Assembly (NCBI RefSeq): GCF_009914755.1
Contig: NC_060933.1
Strand: one strand, 5' to 3'
Length of the DNA: 64,000 nt
From: the human T2T-CHM13v2.0 reference genome, Homo sapiens
Part shown: piece after piece, positions 49,223-61,149 of the stretch
Numbering within the stretch: position 1 is the first letter of the stretch
How the letters are laid out: each line of letters begins with the position of its first letter
Program-made: the position numbers and the translations under genes
The notes under the pieces: model-generated
What the model was told of the DNA's origin: nothing
The model's database searches: none
Seen by the model: only the letters and a program-made list of their open reading frames with translations

Positions 49223-49738
49223 ACAATGAGAACACTTGGACACAGGGTGGGGAACATCACACACTGGGGCCTTTCGTGGGGTTGGGGGAGGGGGACGGAT
49301 AGCATCAGGAGAAATACCTAATGTAAGTGACGAGTTAATGGGTGCAGCACACCAACATGCCACATGTATACATATGTAACAAACCTGCATGTTGTGTACA
49401 TATACCCTAGAACTTAAAGTATAACAAAAAAATAAAATTAAAAAATTTATAACTCATATTTATTGAGTATTTAGCATGAGGAAGTCCTAAGTGCTTTATA
49501 TACCTCATCTAATTTTACCTTCAAAATTATAATATCGAAAGTGTCTATTATTCTTTTTATAGGTGAGAAGAAAACAGACTTTGTTAGTTGAAATTAAGTG
49601 ACTCCCAAAGTCATAAGATTAGTAACTAATGGCAATAGGATTTGTACACAGGCAGTTAAGCGCCCAAAACTATACCTTTAACAAGTCTCATAATACTGTA
49701 GTTTCTTTATATTTGTTCAATGAATAGTGCTTACTGAA

Positions 49739-50104
49739 TACTATGGTCTGAATGTGTCCCCCAAAATTCATGTATTAGAAACTTAATTCCCACTGCAACA
49801 GTGTTGGGAGGTATTTAGGTCAAGAGAGCTCCACCCTCACTAATGGATTAATGCCCTTATTTAAAAGGGCTTGTGGAAGTAGTTCCCCTTCTGCCATGTG
49901 AGGTCATGGCACTCTTTCCTTCCAGAAGACTTAGCATTCAAGGTGCCATTTTGGAAGCTGAGAGACTGGGCCCTAACCTGCCAGATGCTTTAATATTGGA
50001 TTTCCCAGCCTCCAGGATTATGAAAAATACATTTCTCTTTTTTTTTTTTTTAAACTACCCAGTCTCAGGTATTCTGTTACAGTCACATAAAACAAACTAA
50101 GACT
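49739..50104 (+). mobile_element. MaLR solo LTR (MSTC/MSTD-like)
   Basis: ctatggtctgaatgtgtcccccaaaattcatgt...aaactaagact; TSD ctgaa/ctgag. Confidence 0.8.
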
Positions 50105-51081
50105 CTGAGCATGTTTATCTCCTCACTGGTTTATACCACAGTTATTGACATTAATCTAAAAATGGCTTCCCAAGCATGACTCTTTGCTTTGTAATATTCA
50201 CAAGGCTAAATGAAACCATAACCTTTTAACTGCTATGTAAAAACAAAATTTAATTTATACCATTGTATCGCACTTATTGTAGTGCCATTCTTCATAATGC
50301 TTATGGCAGCTATAACCTTTCTCTCTCACAAGCTGCATGTCCTGTGGTCTACAAAGCTAAAAGATACTATTAAGATGAAGAAAGATTATACCATTTGAGG
50401 GCAGAAGCCAGTATCTAAGAGAGACCATGGAAATAAAATTTTAATAGGATGGATTTTATTTCTGCTACATCAATACCTTATTACAAGAATCAGTTCATAA
50501 CAATAATAGGTTGTCATAATTCGATGTTGTGAAACAGACTTTATATCACCACTCTCTTAAGAGCTTATTCATTGATTACCTTTTTCCTTCCTTTCACAAA
50601 GGAAAAAATAGATGTGATAGAGAACTAATATGAACAAAATGAAATGCCATTATTCTCTTGAACAGATCCATTAAAATCATTAAGATCTATTCTGCCAGAT
50701 GGCCTGTATACAGTAATCACATGTGGGTCAAAAAAATGTAACATGTAATAGACACAGTGGTTAACAATAGGACTGAATATTATAAGTTGGACTGTCAGGG
50801 AAATTCTCAGGTACATGACATATGGTATAAAATACACATAGATCTTGTGTTCAAAATCTCTACTAGCTTACTGGAGAGGCATGATACTAACTCATGAAGC
50901 AGAGAAATCCCAAGATTCGTATGATTATTGTGAATTACAACACACACAGTCTTATGCAACATACTCAGTCTTTTTGACTAAATATTTTAAATTAAAAATG
51001 TGTAGGAAAGACCATATGTGCTTTGAGGTGACAGGAAAAGAGCAATAAATTAAAGTAGCAGGCTTCATTTTTTTAGGTCAT

Positions 51082-51545
51082 TGTAACAGCCTGCATCATG
51101 GCCCTTAAAGATATGAGGTTATAATCTCGAACCTGTAAACATTATCTTACTTGAAAAAATATTTTTGCAGATATGATTGAGTTAAGGATCTTGAGATGGG
51201 AAGATTTTCCTGGATTATCTGAGTGGGCTGTAAAAGCAGTCACAATTATCATTGTAAGAGAGAAGCAGAAAGAAATTTGACCATCCAGAAGAGAAGGCAA
51301 TGACCATGGAGGCAGAGAGTGGAGTGATGCGGCTACAAGCCAAAGAATGCTGATAGCCCAAGAGAAGCTGGAAAAGACAAGGAACAGATTCTCTCCTGGA
51401 CAGTGTGTGGCCCTCCTGACACCTTGATTTCTGCCTGTGAGACTAATCTCTGACTTTTGACCTCTGTAACTGTGGGAGAATAAACTTCTGTTGTCTTAAG
51501 CTACTCAGTTTGTGGTTGTTGTATTAGCCACATGAAAACAATACT
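51082..51545 (+). mobile_element. MaLR solo LTR (MLT1D-like)
   Basis: ttaaggatcttgagatgggaagattttcctggattatctgagtggg...gaataaacttctgttg; exact TSD gtcat 51077-51081 / 51546-51550. Confidence 0.85.
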
Positions 51546-52078
51546 GTCATGATTAGATGTAAATATGGTAGACCTAAATATTGTCTATTTATTAATATCA
51601 TTCTTTAAATACATATATTTTTCTATTTATCTAGATCTGATAAAAATAACCTAAAGAGAACAACTTTTTTTCATACATCATAAATAAAAGCAGTACGCTG
51701 GGTGACACTAAGATATACTTTTAAGGAAATAAATCACCTAGTAAGTTTTAGAAGTATAAGAAAATTACAAGCAGACTTTGATAAATTATAAATCTCAGCT
51801 GCTGTATATGACCATTATATCCTTAACACGGAAAACTGACTAATTCCCACTTATAAAATGTTTCACCTACCTTCTATTGCTGACTCAATGGAACAGTTTT
51901 CTATACTCAGCCCCCTGGATGAGCATTTAAGAGACTCTTAGTGTGGTCTCCATTTCTAAAAGCTTCTCTAGATTTATCTCTAGATTTATGGTACAAAGAT
52001 TTTTATAAAATATAAAACACTAAGAATAAAATAGTACTAGAAAAAAAATGTGAGAAGATTATTTCCAAAAACACTCAC

Positions 52079-52134
52079 CCTAAAACTGTATTACAAGAAT
52101 GGATGATAGAAAAATATTGAATTTCTACTATTGC
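52079..52134 (-). other. Candidate 56-nt cassette exon
   Basis: Acceptor tgttttctcaacgcctCAG, donor AGG|gtgagt; only frame 0 is open (AIVEIQYFSIIHSCNTVL). Confidence 0.25.
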
Positions 52135-52864
52135 CTGAGGCGTTGAGAAAACACATTTTAAAAGTAATCTTGTTATAATATTCCAATTTTTTTTTTTTTT
52201 TTACTTTCCATTAGTTGACAGTGAGGCTCAGATTTGCCCTTCTCAATAAATGAATATTTAATAGCATTGTATTTCACAAAGAAAAAAGACCTGGTAGTTT
52301 AACCTATAGTATCGAAGCATCATTTGGGATTTGGCACCTGTTAAAAGTTGTAAATCAGTGGAGAAGATTTAGTAATATAAATCAGAATAGGTACTTAAGA
52401 GAACAGAGAAAAGTTAATCAATACGTTAGTATGTTTTTCCTTACAAATTTTATAAAATATACAATCCAATGTTGAATGAAATATTTTAAATTACAATTAC
52501 TTTTATATTTAATAAACTAGTTTGGATTGGTCGGCAATTTATCACCATCTAAAATGATAGTTTTTGCTGTTTTAATGTTTTTCCCAAACTAATAGCACAA
52601 ACTGCTTAAAGATATGAAGGCTAATTATTGTTCCATAATTAAAATAAGATATTGTTTGCCATAAGTAGAAAATATAGCTGGTTTCCTGGATAATGTTTCC
52701 ATCTTGTATCATTGTTGATGAAAAGGAATTATGTTTAAAATTGCCAAAAAGCACTATATTTTAAAAAACATAACCAGTAAAATGCCTTATGTTTTCATTT
52801 TAGGTACAATCACATTAACATATGACTTACAAAATAAGATTTTTAAGGGACACTATTCACCTAA

Positions 52865-53645
52865 ATTTATGTCAACCTTCCTGAGGTATAATTTACATAC
52901 AGTAAGATGTGCCCATTTAAATGTATATTTCAATGAGTTATGACAAAACTACCACCATAAGATACAGAAAGTTTTTATAACCCCAGGAAGTTTCCTTTTA
53001 CTTCTTCCCAATTTAAGGGGAGCCCTAGGTAATAAGTCATCTATCTGTCCCTCTAAATTAGACTGGTCTTTTCTGGCATTTCATATAAATAGAATCATAC
53101 AATATGTACTATTCTGTGTCTGGTTTCTTTACTCAGCATATTTTTAAGATTTAACCATGTAGTTACATGTATCAATAGTTCATTCTTTTTTATTGCTGAA
53201 TATTTCATTGTAGAGATATATCACAATTCATTTGTTTATCTATTAATGGACATTGGGTTGTCTCCAGTTTGGGGTTCTTACTAATAAAGCTGCTAAGAAC
53301 ATTTATGTGACAGTCCGTGTGGTCATATATTTTCACTGGGATCACAGGGCCAAATGGTATATGCACGTTAAACTTTATGAGAAACTGTTTTCTAAAGCAT
53401 TCTGAAATGTTTGTACCTGTTTATATTCTCATTAATAACACATGTGAGTTTCAATTGTTCCACATCCTTGCCAACACCAGCAGTGTCAATCATTAATTTT
53501 AGCCAATCTAATGGGTGTATAGTGATATCTCATTATGGTTTTAACTTGAATTTCCCTGATAAACGAATGGTATTGAGCATCTCTTTATGTGCTTATTGAC
53601 TAGCTACATATCCTTTATTATGAAGTTACTGTTCAAATCTTTGAG
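52865..53645 (-). mobile_element. L1MB/L1MC 3' fragment
   Basis: tgaggtataatttacatacagtaagatgtgccc...catataaatagaatcatacaatatgt...ctcattatggttttaacttgaatttccctgat. Confidence 0.8.
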
Positions 53646-54896
53646 AACAGTGACTATTTTGTTGAAAGGCACATGCACATACGCTAGCACAATGCCTGCC
53701 CCAACAGCAACTGAATGAGTAACTGGTCTTCCAAAATATTATCTCATAATCCTATTAAATTACTGCACTAATTTAAATTAGTAAATAAAAATTCATCCAG
53801 AAAGAATTAATGGAAACATATCTGAGAAAGGTATGAAATAAGTGCCAAGAAAATGGAAATACTACAGAGCACACCATTCTGGGTTCTTTTATTATTTCAC
53901 ATAGACTTCTAAACTAGAAATACTCTTTCTAATAAAATGACTTCATAAAATAGAAGATGACATGATTATTCCAAAAGCCAAACATCAAATAACTGTATAT
54001 CCATCTTTATCTGTTCTCTCTTAAAACAAATGATTTGCCTGTACTTGATATATCATTCTTATTTGTCATGTTCTGTCACTCGCAAAACACCTGATGGAAA
54101 TAAATTTTTTTAAGTTGATGATTTTTTAAGTTTCTAAAAAGACTAAAAACCTTTCTTTGGTGAGAAGGACATGAAAAATATAAAAAGGGACAGGAATAAA
54201 TATTTGAGAAATTGAAAATCATTTTTTTAAAGGATGAGTGAATTGTTGCTTTTAATTTAGCTTCAATAGTGTGCTTTAAAATAATAATAATAATAGTCAG
54301 CAGCATGATGAAACATAATGAGTCCTGGAATATCTGGGTCCAAGTACCAACTTCCACCACACTGGCAATGGGAATCTCCTTGTGCTGGTTTTGGGGTGGC
54401 AAGCAACAGAAACAGATTCTGGCAAACACAAACCAAAGGGAATTTATTAAGAGGATATCAGGGACTCACAGAATCTCCAGGAGGTTCAAGAACCTGGAAA
54501 AGACAGGAACCAAGGCAGCTCTGGATTAAGGGAACTGGAAGTTCAGTAGTTCTCTCAATACAAATGGTCTCATCAGGATACGCCTCTGTTGAGATGAAGC
54601 AGAACTGGACCTATGGCAGCCTGATTGTTCACATTCCAAAAGGGAGCCTCTAATTGCCTATGCTCTGGTCTCATCCTTGCCCACATGACCAGGGATTGGT
54701 GGGTACCTCATTGCAGTCCTAGCAGATCCCATCAATGGGGAGGGGATATTAGTGTATTATGAGGAAATGGGAAAGGTCCTGAGCAGTCAGGAAATAATCA
54801 ATCATCACTAGTGATATCAGAAAAGTTAAATATCTCAATCTATGAAACTCAACTGAGGATGCCCCTTTGTCTCAACTTAAAAGGATTCCTAAAAGG

Positions 54897-55132
54897 CTCA
54901 AAGGATACTATATATATATATATCCTTTGAGATACTATATATATACTATATATAGAGTATATACATCCTTTGAGATACTATATATATACTATATATATAT
55001 ATATATATATCCTTTGAGATACTATATAGTATCCTTTGTATATATATGTATATATGTGTATATATATACACACATATATATGTGTGTGTGTATATATGTG
55101 TGTGTGTATATATATATATGTATTATATATAC
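54897..55132. repeat. Complex TA-rich repeat with inverted and tandem copies of (t)atcctttgagatacta
   Basis: ctcaaaggata (54897-54907) is the exact reverse complement of tatcctttgag (54921-54931); the unit recurs near 54966, 55008 and 55030. Confidence 0.9.
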
Positions 55133-56676
55133 ATGTAAGTGCTTTGAAAACCATAAGGCAACCAACAAATGTTGTTTCATTACTGTGCCATGAACTTCAA
55201 GAGGAACTGTGAAAGTCTACAGTAGGGAATGCAAACCTGAGGAAAATAAAACTAAAAAGCTATCAAAAAAATGTAAAATATTGGAGCTCTTATAGGTTTT
55301 GCTCAGCCCACTACTGTGTCTACTTACTAGGGCAATTTTTCTTCCAAAATAATTTATAGGACTAGTAAACAGAAAAGGCCTTATTGTTAGGATTTAATGC
55401 AGTACAGTAATTATCATAGTAGCAATATGTAGAAAATATTTGTTTATTCTGAAAGCCCTATTTTTTGGGGCATTTAAAAAAAGCCTATTTCCCCCAAAGG
55501 ATGAAGAAAACAAATGGCTGTTCAGATGTTTCAAGACTGAGAAATTTATTCAAATGCGCAGAAGATACCACATTTTCTAGTGGCATTTCTGTTTGTTTAC
55601 AAATTATTAGGTATCTTTTTCCCTGAGGAATAAAGTTCTGAGATAATTTGCTCCTAAAGAAATTGAAAAATCAGTCAGGTATCTAGTCAATTAATTTCTT
55701 TTAGCCATAAATCTTGAATTATCTTACTTTAACTTTCATAATGGGGTAATAGCAAAAGAGAAAAAACAAAATTTGCAATAAAAGTTTGTAACCAAAGATA
55801 CATATCACAATCCATATGTTTCCTTAGAAGTTCTGATACAATAATGTGAATGTACTTAATACAACTTAACTGTACACTTAAAATGGATAAAATGTTAAAT
55901 CTTATGTTATGCACATTTTACCACAATTAAAACAGTTGAAATACACTATAAAAAGGGTTCTGACATAAATCATCTCAATTTGGCTTATTTCCTTCTCATA
56001 ATATATCAGACTAATAATTTCTGCTCTATCATAAAAGTCAGAATAATAACTGTGATCTTACCTTGGTTCAGATACATATCTCAGGTATAATTCTGACATT
56101 CTGAACATTTAAACTCCTAAGATTTGTTCAATAAAATACAACATAACTATTCTTTTAAATCAAATAATGAATTACATTATTAATAATCAACTAGTCACAG
56201 TCCAATTATACATTCAGATTTAAAGTTTTCTGTTATACCTCATTTTAAATAATATCTTTCGTCATTTTCCCATTTTAAACCTTCTTAAACATTAGCTACT
56301 GTCTTTGTGTCCTGTTATTCTTCATAAGGGGAGGAGAATGGGGATCTGAGATATCATGAGGTGCATGGTGGGGATGGAAAGTCTGTTATGAGGGAGACAG
56401 GAAAAGAAGAGAATTAGGGGATGACCAAAGGGAAATCTGAGGCTGGGGATGCTACATGGATTTTCTCTGTTGACCACTTCCCTCTCAAAGAGTCCTTAAC
56501 CATGACGGATTTGTCTTATATAAATCCCTCCCTTCATGATAATGTTTGGGGGAAATGTGAAAAGGGAATAATAAAGAGAAAGCTAGCAGAATATGCCAAC
56601 CTAAAATATGCCACTTTGGCATAAGGATTATTTTGAGCCGAAGGCAAGGAGAAACAGATACCAGAAGAAGCTTTCT

Positions 56677-57105
56677 CGCAGCAACAAAGAAAGAAAAAGA
56701 GAAAGAGAAAGAAAGAAAGAAAAAGAGAAAGAAAGAGAAAGAAAAAGAGAAGAGAAAGAGAAAGAAAAAGAGAAAGAGAAGAGAAAGAAAGAAAGACAGA
56801 AAAAGAAAAAGAAAAAGAGAGAGAAAGAGAAAGAAAAAGAGAAAGAAAGAGAGAAAGAAAGAGAAAGGGAAAGAGAAAGAGAGAAAGAAAGAGAGAAAGA
56901 GAGAGAGAGAGAAAGAGAGAGAAAGAGAGAGAAAGAGAGAGAAAGAGAGAGAAAGAGAGAGAAAGAAAGAGAGAAAGAGAGAGAGAAAGAGAGGGAAAGA
57001 AAGAGAGAGGAAGAGAGAGAGAAAGAGAGAGAGAGAAAGAGAAAGAGAGAGAAAGAGAGAGAAAGAGAGAGAAAGAGAGAGAAAGAGAGAGAAAGAGAGA
57101 GAAAG

Positions 57106-57136
<31 letters not shown>

Positions 57137-57831
57137 AAGAGAGAAAGAGAGAGAGAGAGAAAGAAAGAGAAAGAGAGAGAGAAAGAGAGAAAAAAGAAAA
57201 AGAGAGAAAAAGGGAGAGAAAAGGGAGAGAAAAGGGAGAGAAGAGGGAGAGAAGAGGGAGAGAAGAGGGAGAGAAAAGGAGGGAGAGAAAAAGGGAGAGA
57301 AAAAGGGAGAGAAAAAGGGAGAGAAAAAGGGAGAGAAAAAGGGAGAGAAAAAGGGAGAGAAAAAGGGAGAGAAAAAGGGAGAGAAAAAGGGAGAGAAAAA
57401 GGGAGAGAAAAAGGGAGAGAAAAAGAGAGAGAAAAAGAGAGAGAAAAAGAGAGAAAAAGAGAGAAAAAGAGAGAAAAAGAAAAAGAGAACGAACTCACGT
57501 CCTTTGCAGCAACATGGACACAGCTGGAGGCCATTATCCTAAGCAAATTAATACAGAAATAGAAAACCAAATATCACATGTTCTCACTTGTAAGTGGGAG
57601 CTAAATATTGGATAAACATGGACATAAAGATAGGAAAAATAGGCACTGGGGACTACTAGAGGTGGGAAGGAAGGAAGGGGGTGTGGGTTTAAAAACTATG
57701 GGTGCTATGCTTATTACCTGGATGACAAGATCAATTGTACCCCAAACTTCACCATCAGGCAGTATACCCACGTAACAAACCACCAATCTACTCCCTGTAT
57801 CTAAAATAAAAGTTGAAATTTAAAAAAAAAG
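56677..57831 (+). mobile_element. Truncated L1PA15/16-like 3' end containing the purine expansion
   Basis: gaacgaactcacgtcctttgcagcaacatgg...ctaaaataaaagttgaa plus A-tail; TSD core aagctttct at 56668-56676 / 57838-57846. Confidence 0.85.
56686..57489 (+). repeat. ~800-bp polypurine (A/G) complex tandem repeat
   Basis: Only one pyrimidine (C at 56797); (GAAAGAGAGA)x9 at 57041-57130 and (GGGAGAGAAAAA)x12 at 57281-57424. Confidence 0.98.
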
Positions 57832-58040
57832 GAAGAAAAGCTTTCTTCCCTCCCTCTATTGGCCTAAAGGCAGAACATAAATTTACAAAGGTGTCCCTCC
57901 TCCTTTCTCTACCAGGAAAGAAAATGTTCCTGCCTAGAGATGACTTTAGACCCTTATCAGCCTGCAGACATCATCAGAGGAATCCACACAACAAACCATA
58001 CCAACTAGCCTTTATCTACCTACCATTAGTTTCCCATATA

Positions 58041-58360
58041 CAGTCATATGTCACTTAATAAGAAATGCATCATTTTGTCCTAGTGCAGACATCATAGGGT
58101 ATACTCACATAAACCTAGCTGGGATAGCCTGCTATATACCTAGGCCATAAGGTACAGCCTATTGCTCCTAGGCTACAGACCTGTACATCATGGGACTGTG
58201 CCGAGTGCTGTTAGCAATTGTCACACAATGTTAAGTATTTGTGCTTCTAAACATAGCAAAACGTAGAAAAGGAATAATAAAATTACACCATTAAAATCTT
58301 ATGGGACCAGTGTCAAATGTGTGGTTTGTCGTTGACCACATCATTATACACACATGACTA
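58041..58360 (-). mobile_element. Tigger3a/MER7-like MITE
   Basis: TA|cagtcat...atgact terminal repeats; atcttatgggacc...tcgttgacc; gcctattgctcctaggctacagacctgtac. Confidence 0.8.
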
Positions 58361-60167
58361 AGTTTATCTTCCCACAATTTGCCACCCCTGGAGACTCAAC
58401 GTCCCTTTTTTTGTATTGTCACTTCTCAAAAATGTTGTTTTTTTTGAAGATGCTACATAAGTCAGAGTTCTAAGCCAGCTCTTTGAGATTTCCTCTTTCC
58501 CTGTGTTTTCTCCCCTGAATATATGAAATATACATGTTAATAAACTTCTGTTTGGTTTTCTCTTGTTAACTTGTTACAGGGGTCTCAGATGAGAATTTAG
58601 AAGGGTAGAAGGAAAATTATTTTTCTTTCCCTGCAGTGGTCAATATCACAAAGATACAATAACATGAGTACCAACTTATGAAGAAGGCATGATTATTCTG
58701 ACATCATACTGAAAGAAGAATATGAAAAAGAAAATAGTGTCTTAGACACTGAAGGAAAATGTGACACATTATCTATACAATTATAAACAGATACAGCAAG
58801 CAATGCCACTTGCATGTGTCATTTAGGACAATAGTTTTCTCCTTTGCCTTGGAGGGACCTTTCCACATTTGAGACCCCTCGATCTTTATTCATTACTGAG
58901 TTAGGCCTAGTGGCAAAGAGTGATGCCCCCTTGACCACATGCCTAATTTCCCAAGGAGTCTCAAGAGACATTTTATGAAAAGCTGAGGTTTTACGAAATG
59001 TAGTTTGAAAATCACTACTTTATACTTAATAAATGATATAACTTGATGGATCTTTCTAGTAGTATATATACAAAAACTTGTGAATGAATGAAAAACGTTT
59101 CCAGGATTGCTAAATTAAAAAAGAAAACTCCAAAGGAGACACATTTGACTAAACTCCTGTCATATCGTTATGCTTGGTTTCTTACAGTTACCCTTTGAAA
59201 ATTAGTCAGCTGATAAAACACACATATTATTTGATATTTTCCAGTATCTCTGGACCTTTAAGACAACTATATATTATAGCAACTTAGATACCTTTCTGCT
59301 CAGTGGAGATTTAAGAATTATTTCTAAACTTTTGACCTTATCAGCTCCCTACACAGACCCAGTAAGAGGTGAACTTTACAAGCCCCACACACTCATATCA
59401 CCACATCAAGATGCAATATTGACAATGCAAAACCTTCTCTAGGTCTCAGCCCAGTAAACTGACAAATGTGTTCTACGACAATCCCCTATATAGCTGATTA
59501 TTAAGAGTTTTGCTTCATTTCCAGCATTTCCATTTCAGTCTATCACTGGTTGCTCATCAAAGAAAAATTCTGGAGTTTTTCTTTTCACTGCATTTCCTGC
59601 TGTGAGCAAGTTGCTTTCATTAACAGTAAGTTCACTTTTTATGTTTGTAGCAGATTTTCACTTTTTGACAGATAACTTTAGACTGAAAACATTATAAGAA
59701 ATAGGAAAGATCCACTAAAAGTTAGAAATTCCTTAAATAATTGTTTTTTAAAGAACTACCCTCTAAAAACCAATCAAAATTTGCAATTTTTGTTTTCAAG
59801 TTTCATCTTCTTTGCAACTATTTTGTAATGTGATCTGCATATGGGAGAAGCAAACATCTCATCTAAGCAATGAAGAAAGCTGGCATTTTCTGAGTAACCA
59901 TTCCTTTGTTTACTGAGAATAATTTGCTGTCACCATTCTCTACAATACAGTCTTCCCAAACTGAAGCCTGGCACCATGAAAGCAGTTTAAGTTTGTTTTC
60001 TCTCAATATTTTATGCTTATTACTGAAACTTGTGGATGGAAAACAATATCTATATTCTTCTAGAAAAACAAGAAAACAAAGTGCATTATGCCTTTTTGGA
60101 ACTATGAAATTTAAGATGGATATATATACAAACACACGTATATATGTAGGTATACACACACACACAT

Positions 60168-60340
60168 AAAGCTTTCTGCCCTCCTATTTGCCTGAAAGCA
60201 GAACATAAATTTACAAACCTTTCCCTTCTCCCTTCTCTACCAGGAAGGTCAAAAGTTCCTCCCCGGAGATGACTTTGGACCCTTATGAGCCTGGAGACAA
60301 CACCAGAGTAATCCACATTACAAACTCTACCAACTAACCT
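60168..60340 (+). mobile_element. Second MER34-like LTR fragment, paralogous to 57837-58011
   Basis: Colinear with 57837-58011, roughly 80-85% identical by eye. Confidence 0.8.
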
Positions 60341-61149
60341 ATTTTTTTCATCTGCTTTTCTTCCAAATCCAGTAACGTATCCACCTTGTTAAGGACAAGT
60401 TGACAAAAATGGCTGAATGATGTCAGGCTGGCTGAGCTTCTAGACCTTGACTGCTCCCAACTGTCGCAAGCACCGCTCAATAGTTTTTCAACATTCTAGG
60501 GTGCCTTTGAGCTCCACCCAAAGCTCAAATCATTTGAATTCTTAAAGATGCCTTATAGACTACCTTCACCATTACAATGTCATAAGGTTCTTTCCAGATA
60601 ATTCAGCACAGAGTTGGCCTTCCATTAAGACCATTTCTTCACTTCATTGTATCCAAATTCAGCAATCCTAGGTTTTAAATTTGCATTTTTGTTTACACAT
60701 AGGTCAGGAACTGCCATTTATTACCTTGTGGCAAGCCATTTTGCGGCACTTTTTCTACCAACTTTTAAAAACAGATTGGGGTTCAGATTTCCATTTTTTT
60801 TCCACTAAAACGTTTCAAGAAACTCCTTGACCACACATATGGCCAAGGCAGTGTGCTAGGTGTCAGGAATTCTATGCATATAAATGAGACATGTTCTCCT
60901 CTGGCAAGTCAAGGAGAGAAACAAATATACAAGACAGGTTAAATGATGTAAACATAAGCAATATCATAAGACAGATCTAGTCAGTTGCAAATATTACTGA
61001 CAATGTTAGGTTTACTCTGGTTTCCTCTTATTCTGAATGAGTCCCTTTGCTTTTGTGTATAATTTTATTTTATAGAGGACCTATCTTCTCTGGCCTTCTC
61101 TCAGTTTGTATTTTATAGGTGTTTCCCTGTCTTTCACCATCATTCTCTC

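Larger units (their letters stand above)
56580..58635 (+). mobile_element. ERV1 LTR (MER34-like), interrupted by an L1 and a Tigger3
   Basis: cagaatatgcc..aaaatatgccactttggcataaggattattttgagc, resuming after 57846 and 58360 and ending gggtagaaggaaaattatttttctttccctgca. Confidence 0.75.

Noticed and set aside
56062-56116. Minus-strand exon with AAG|gtaaga donor
   Set aside because: Poor pyrimidine tract and stops in all three frames; likely chance.
56485-57615. Three long ORFs (361, 335 and 309 aa; E/K/R-rich or F/S/L-rich)
   Set aside because: Artefact: pure purine or pure pyrimidine tracts cannot encode stop codons, and the flanks are L1/LTR sequence.
60360-60760. Possible ancient transposase or coding remnant
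   Set aside because: No sustained ORF or recognisable motif; cannot be supported without a search.
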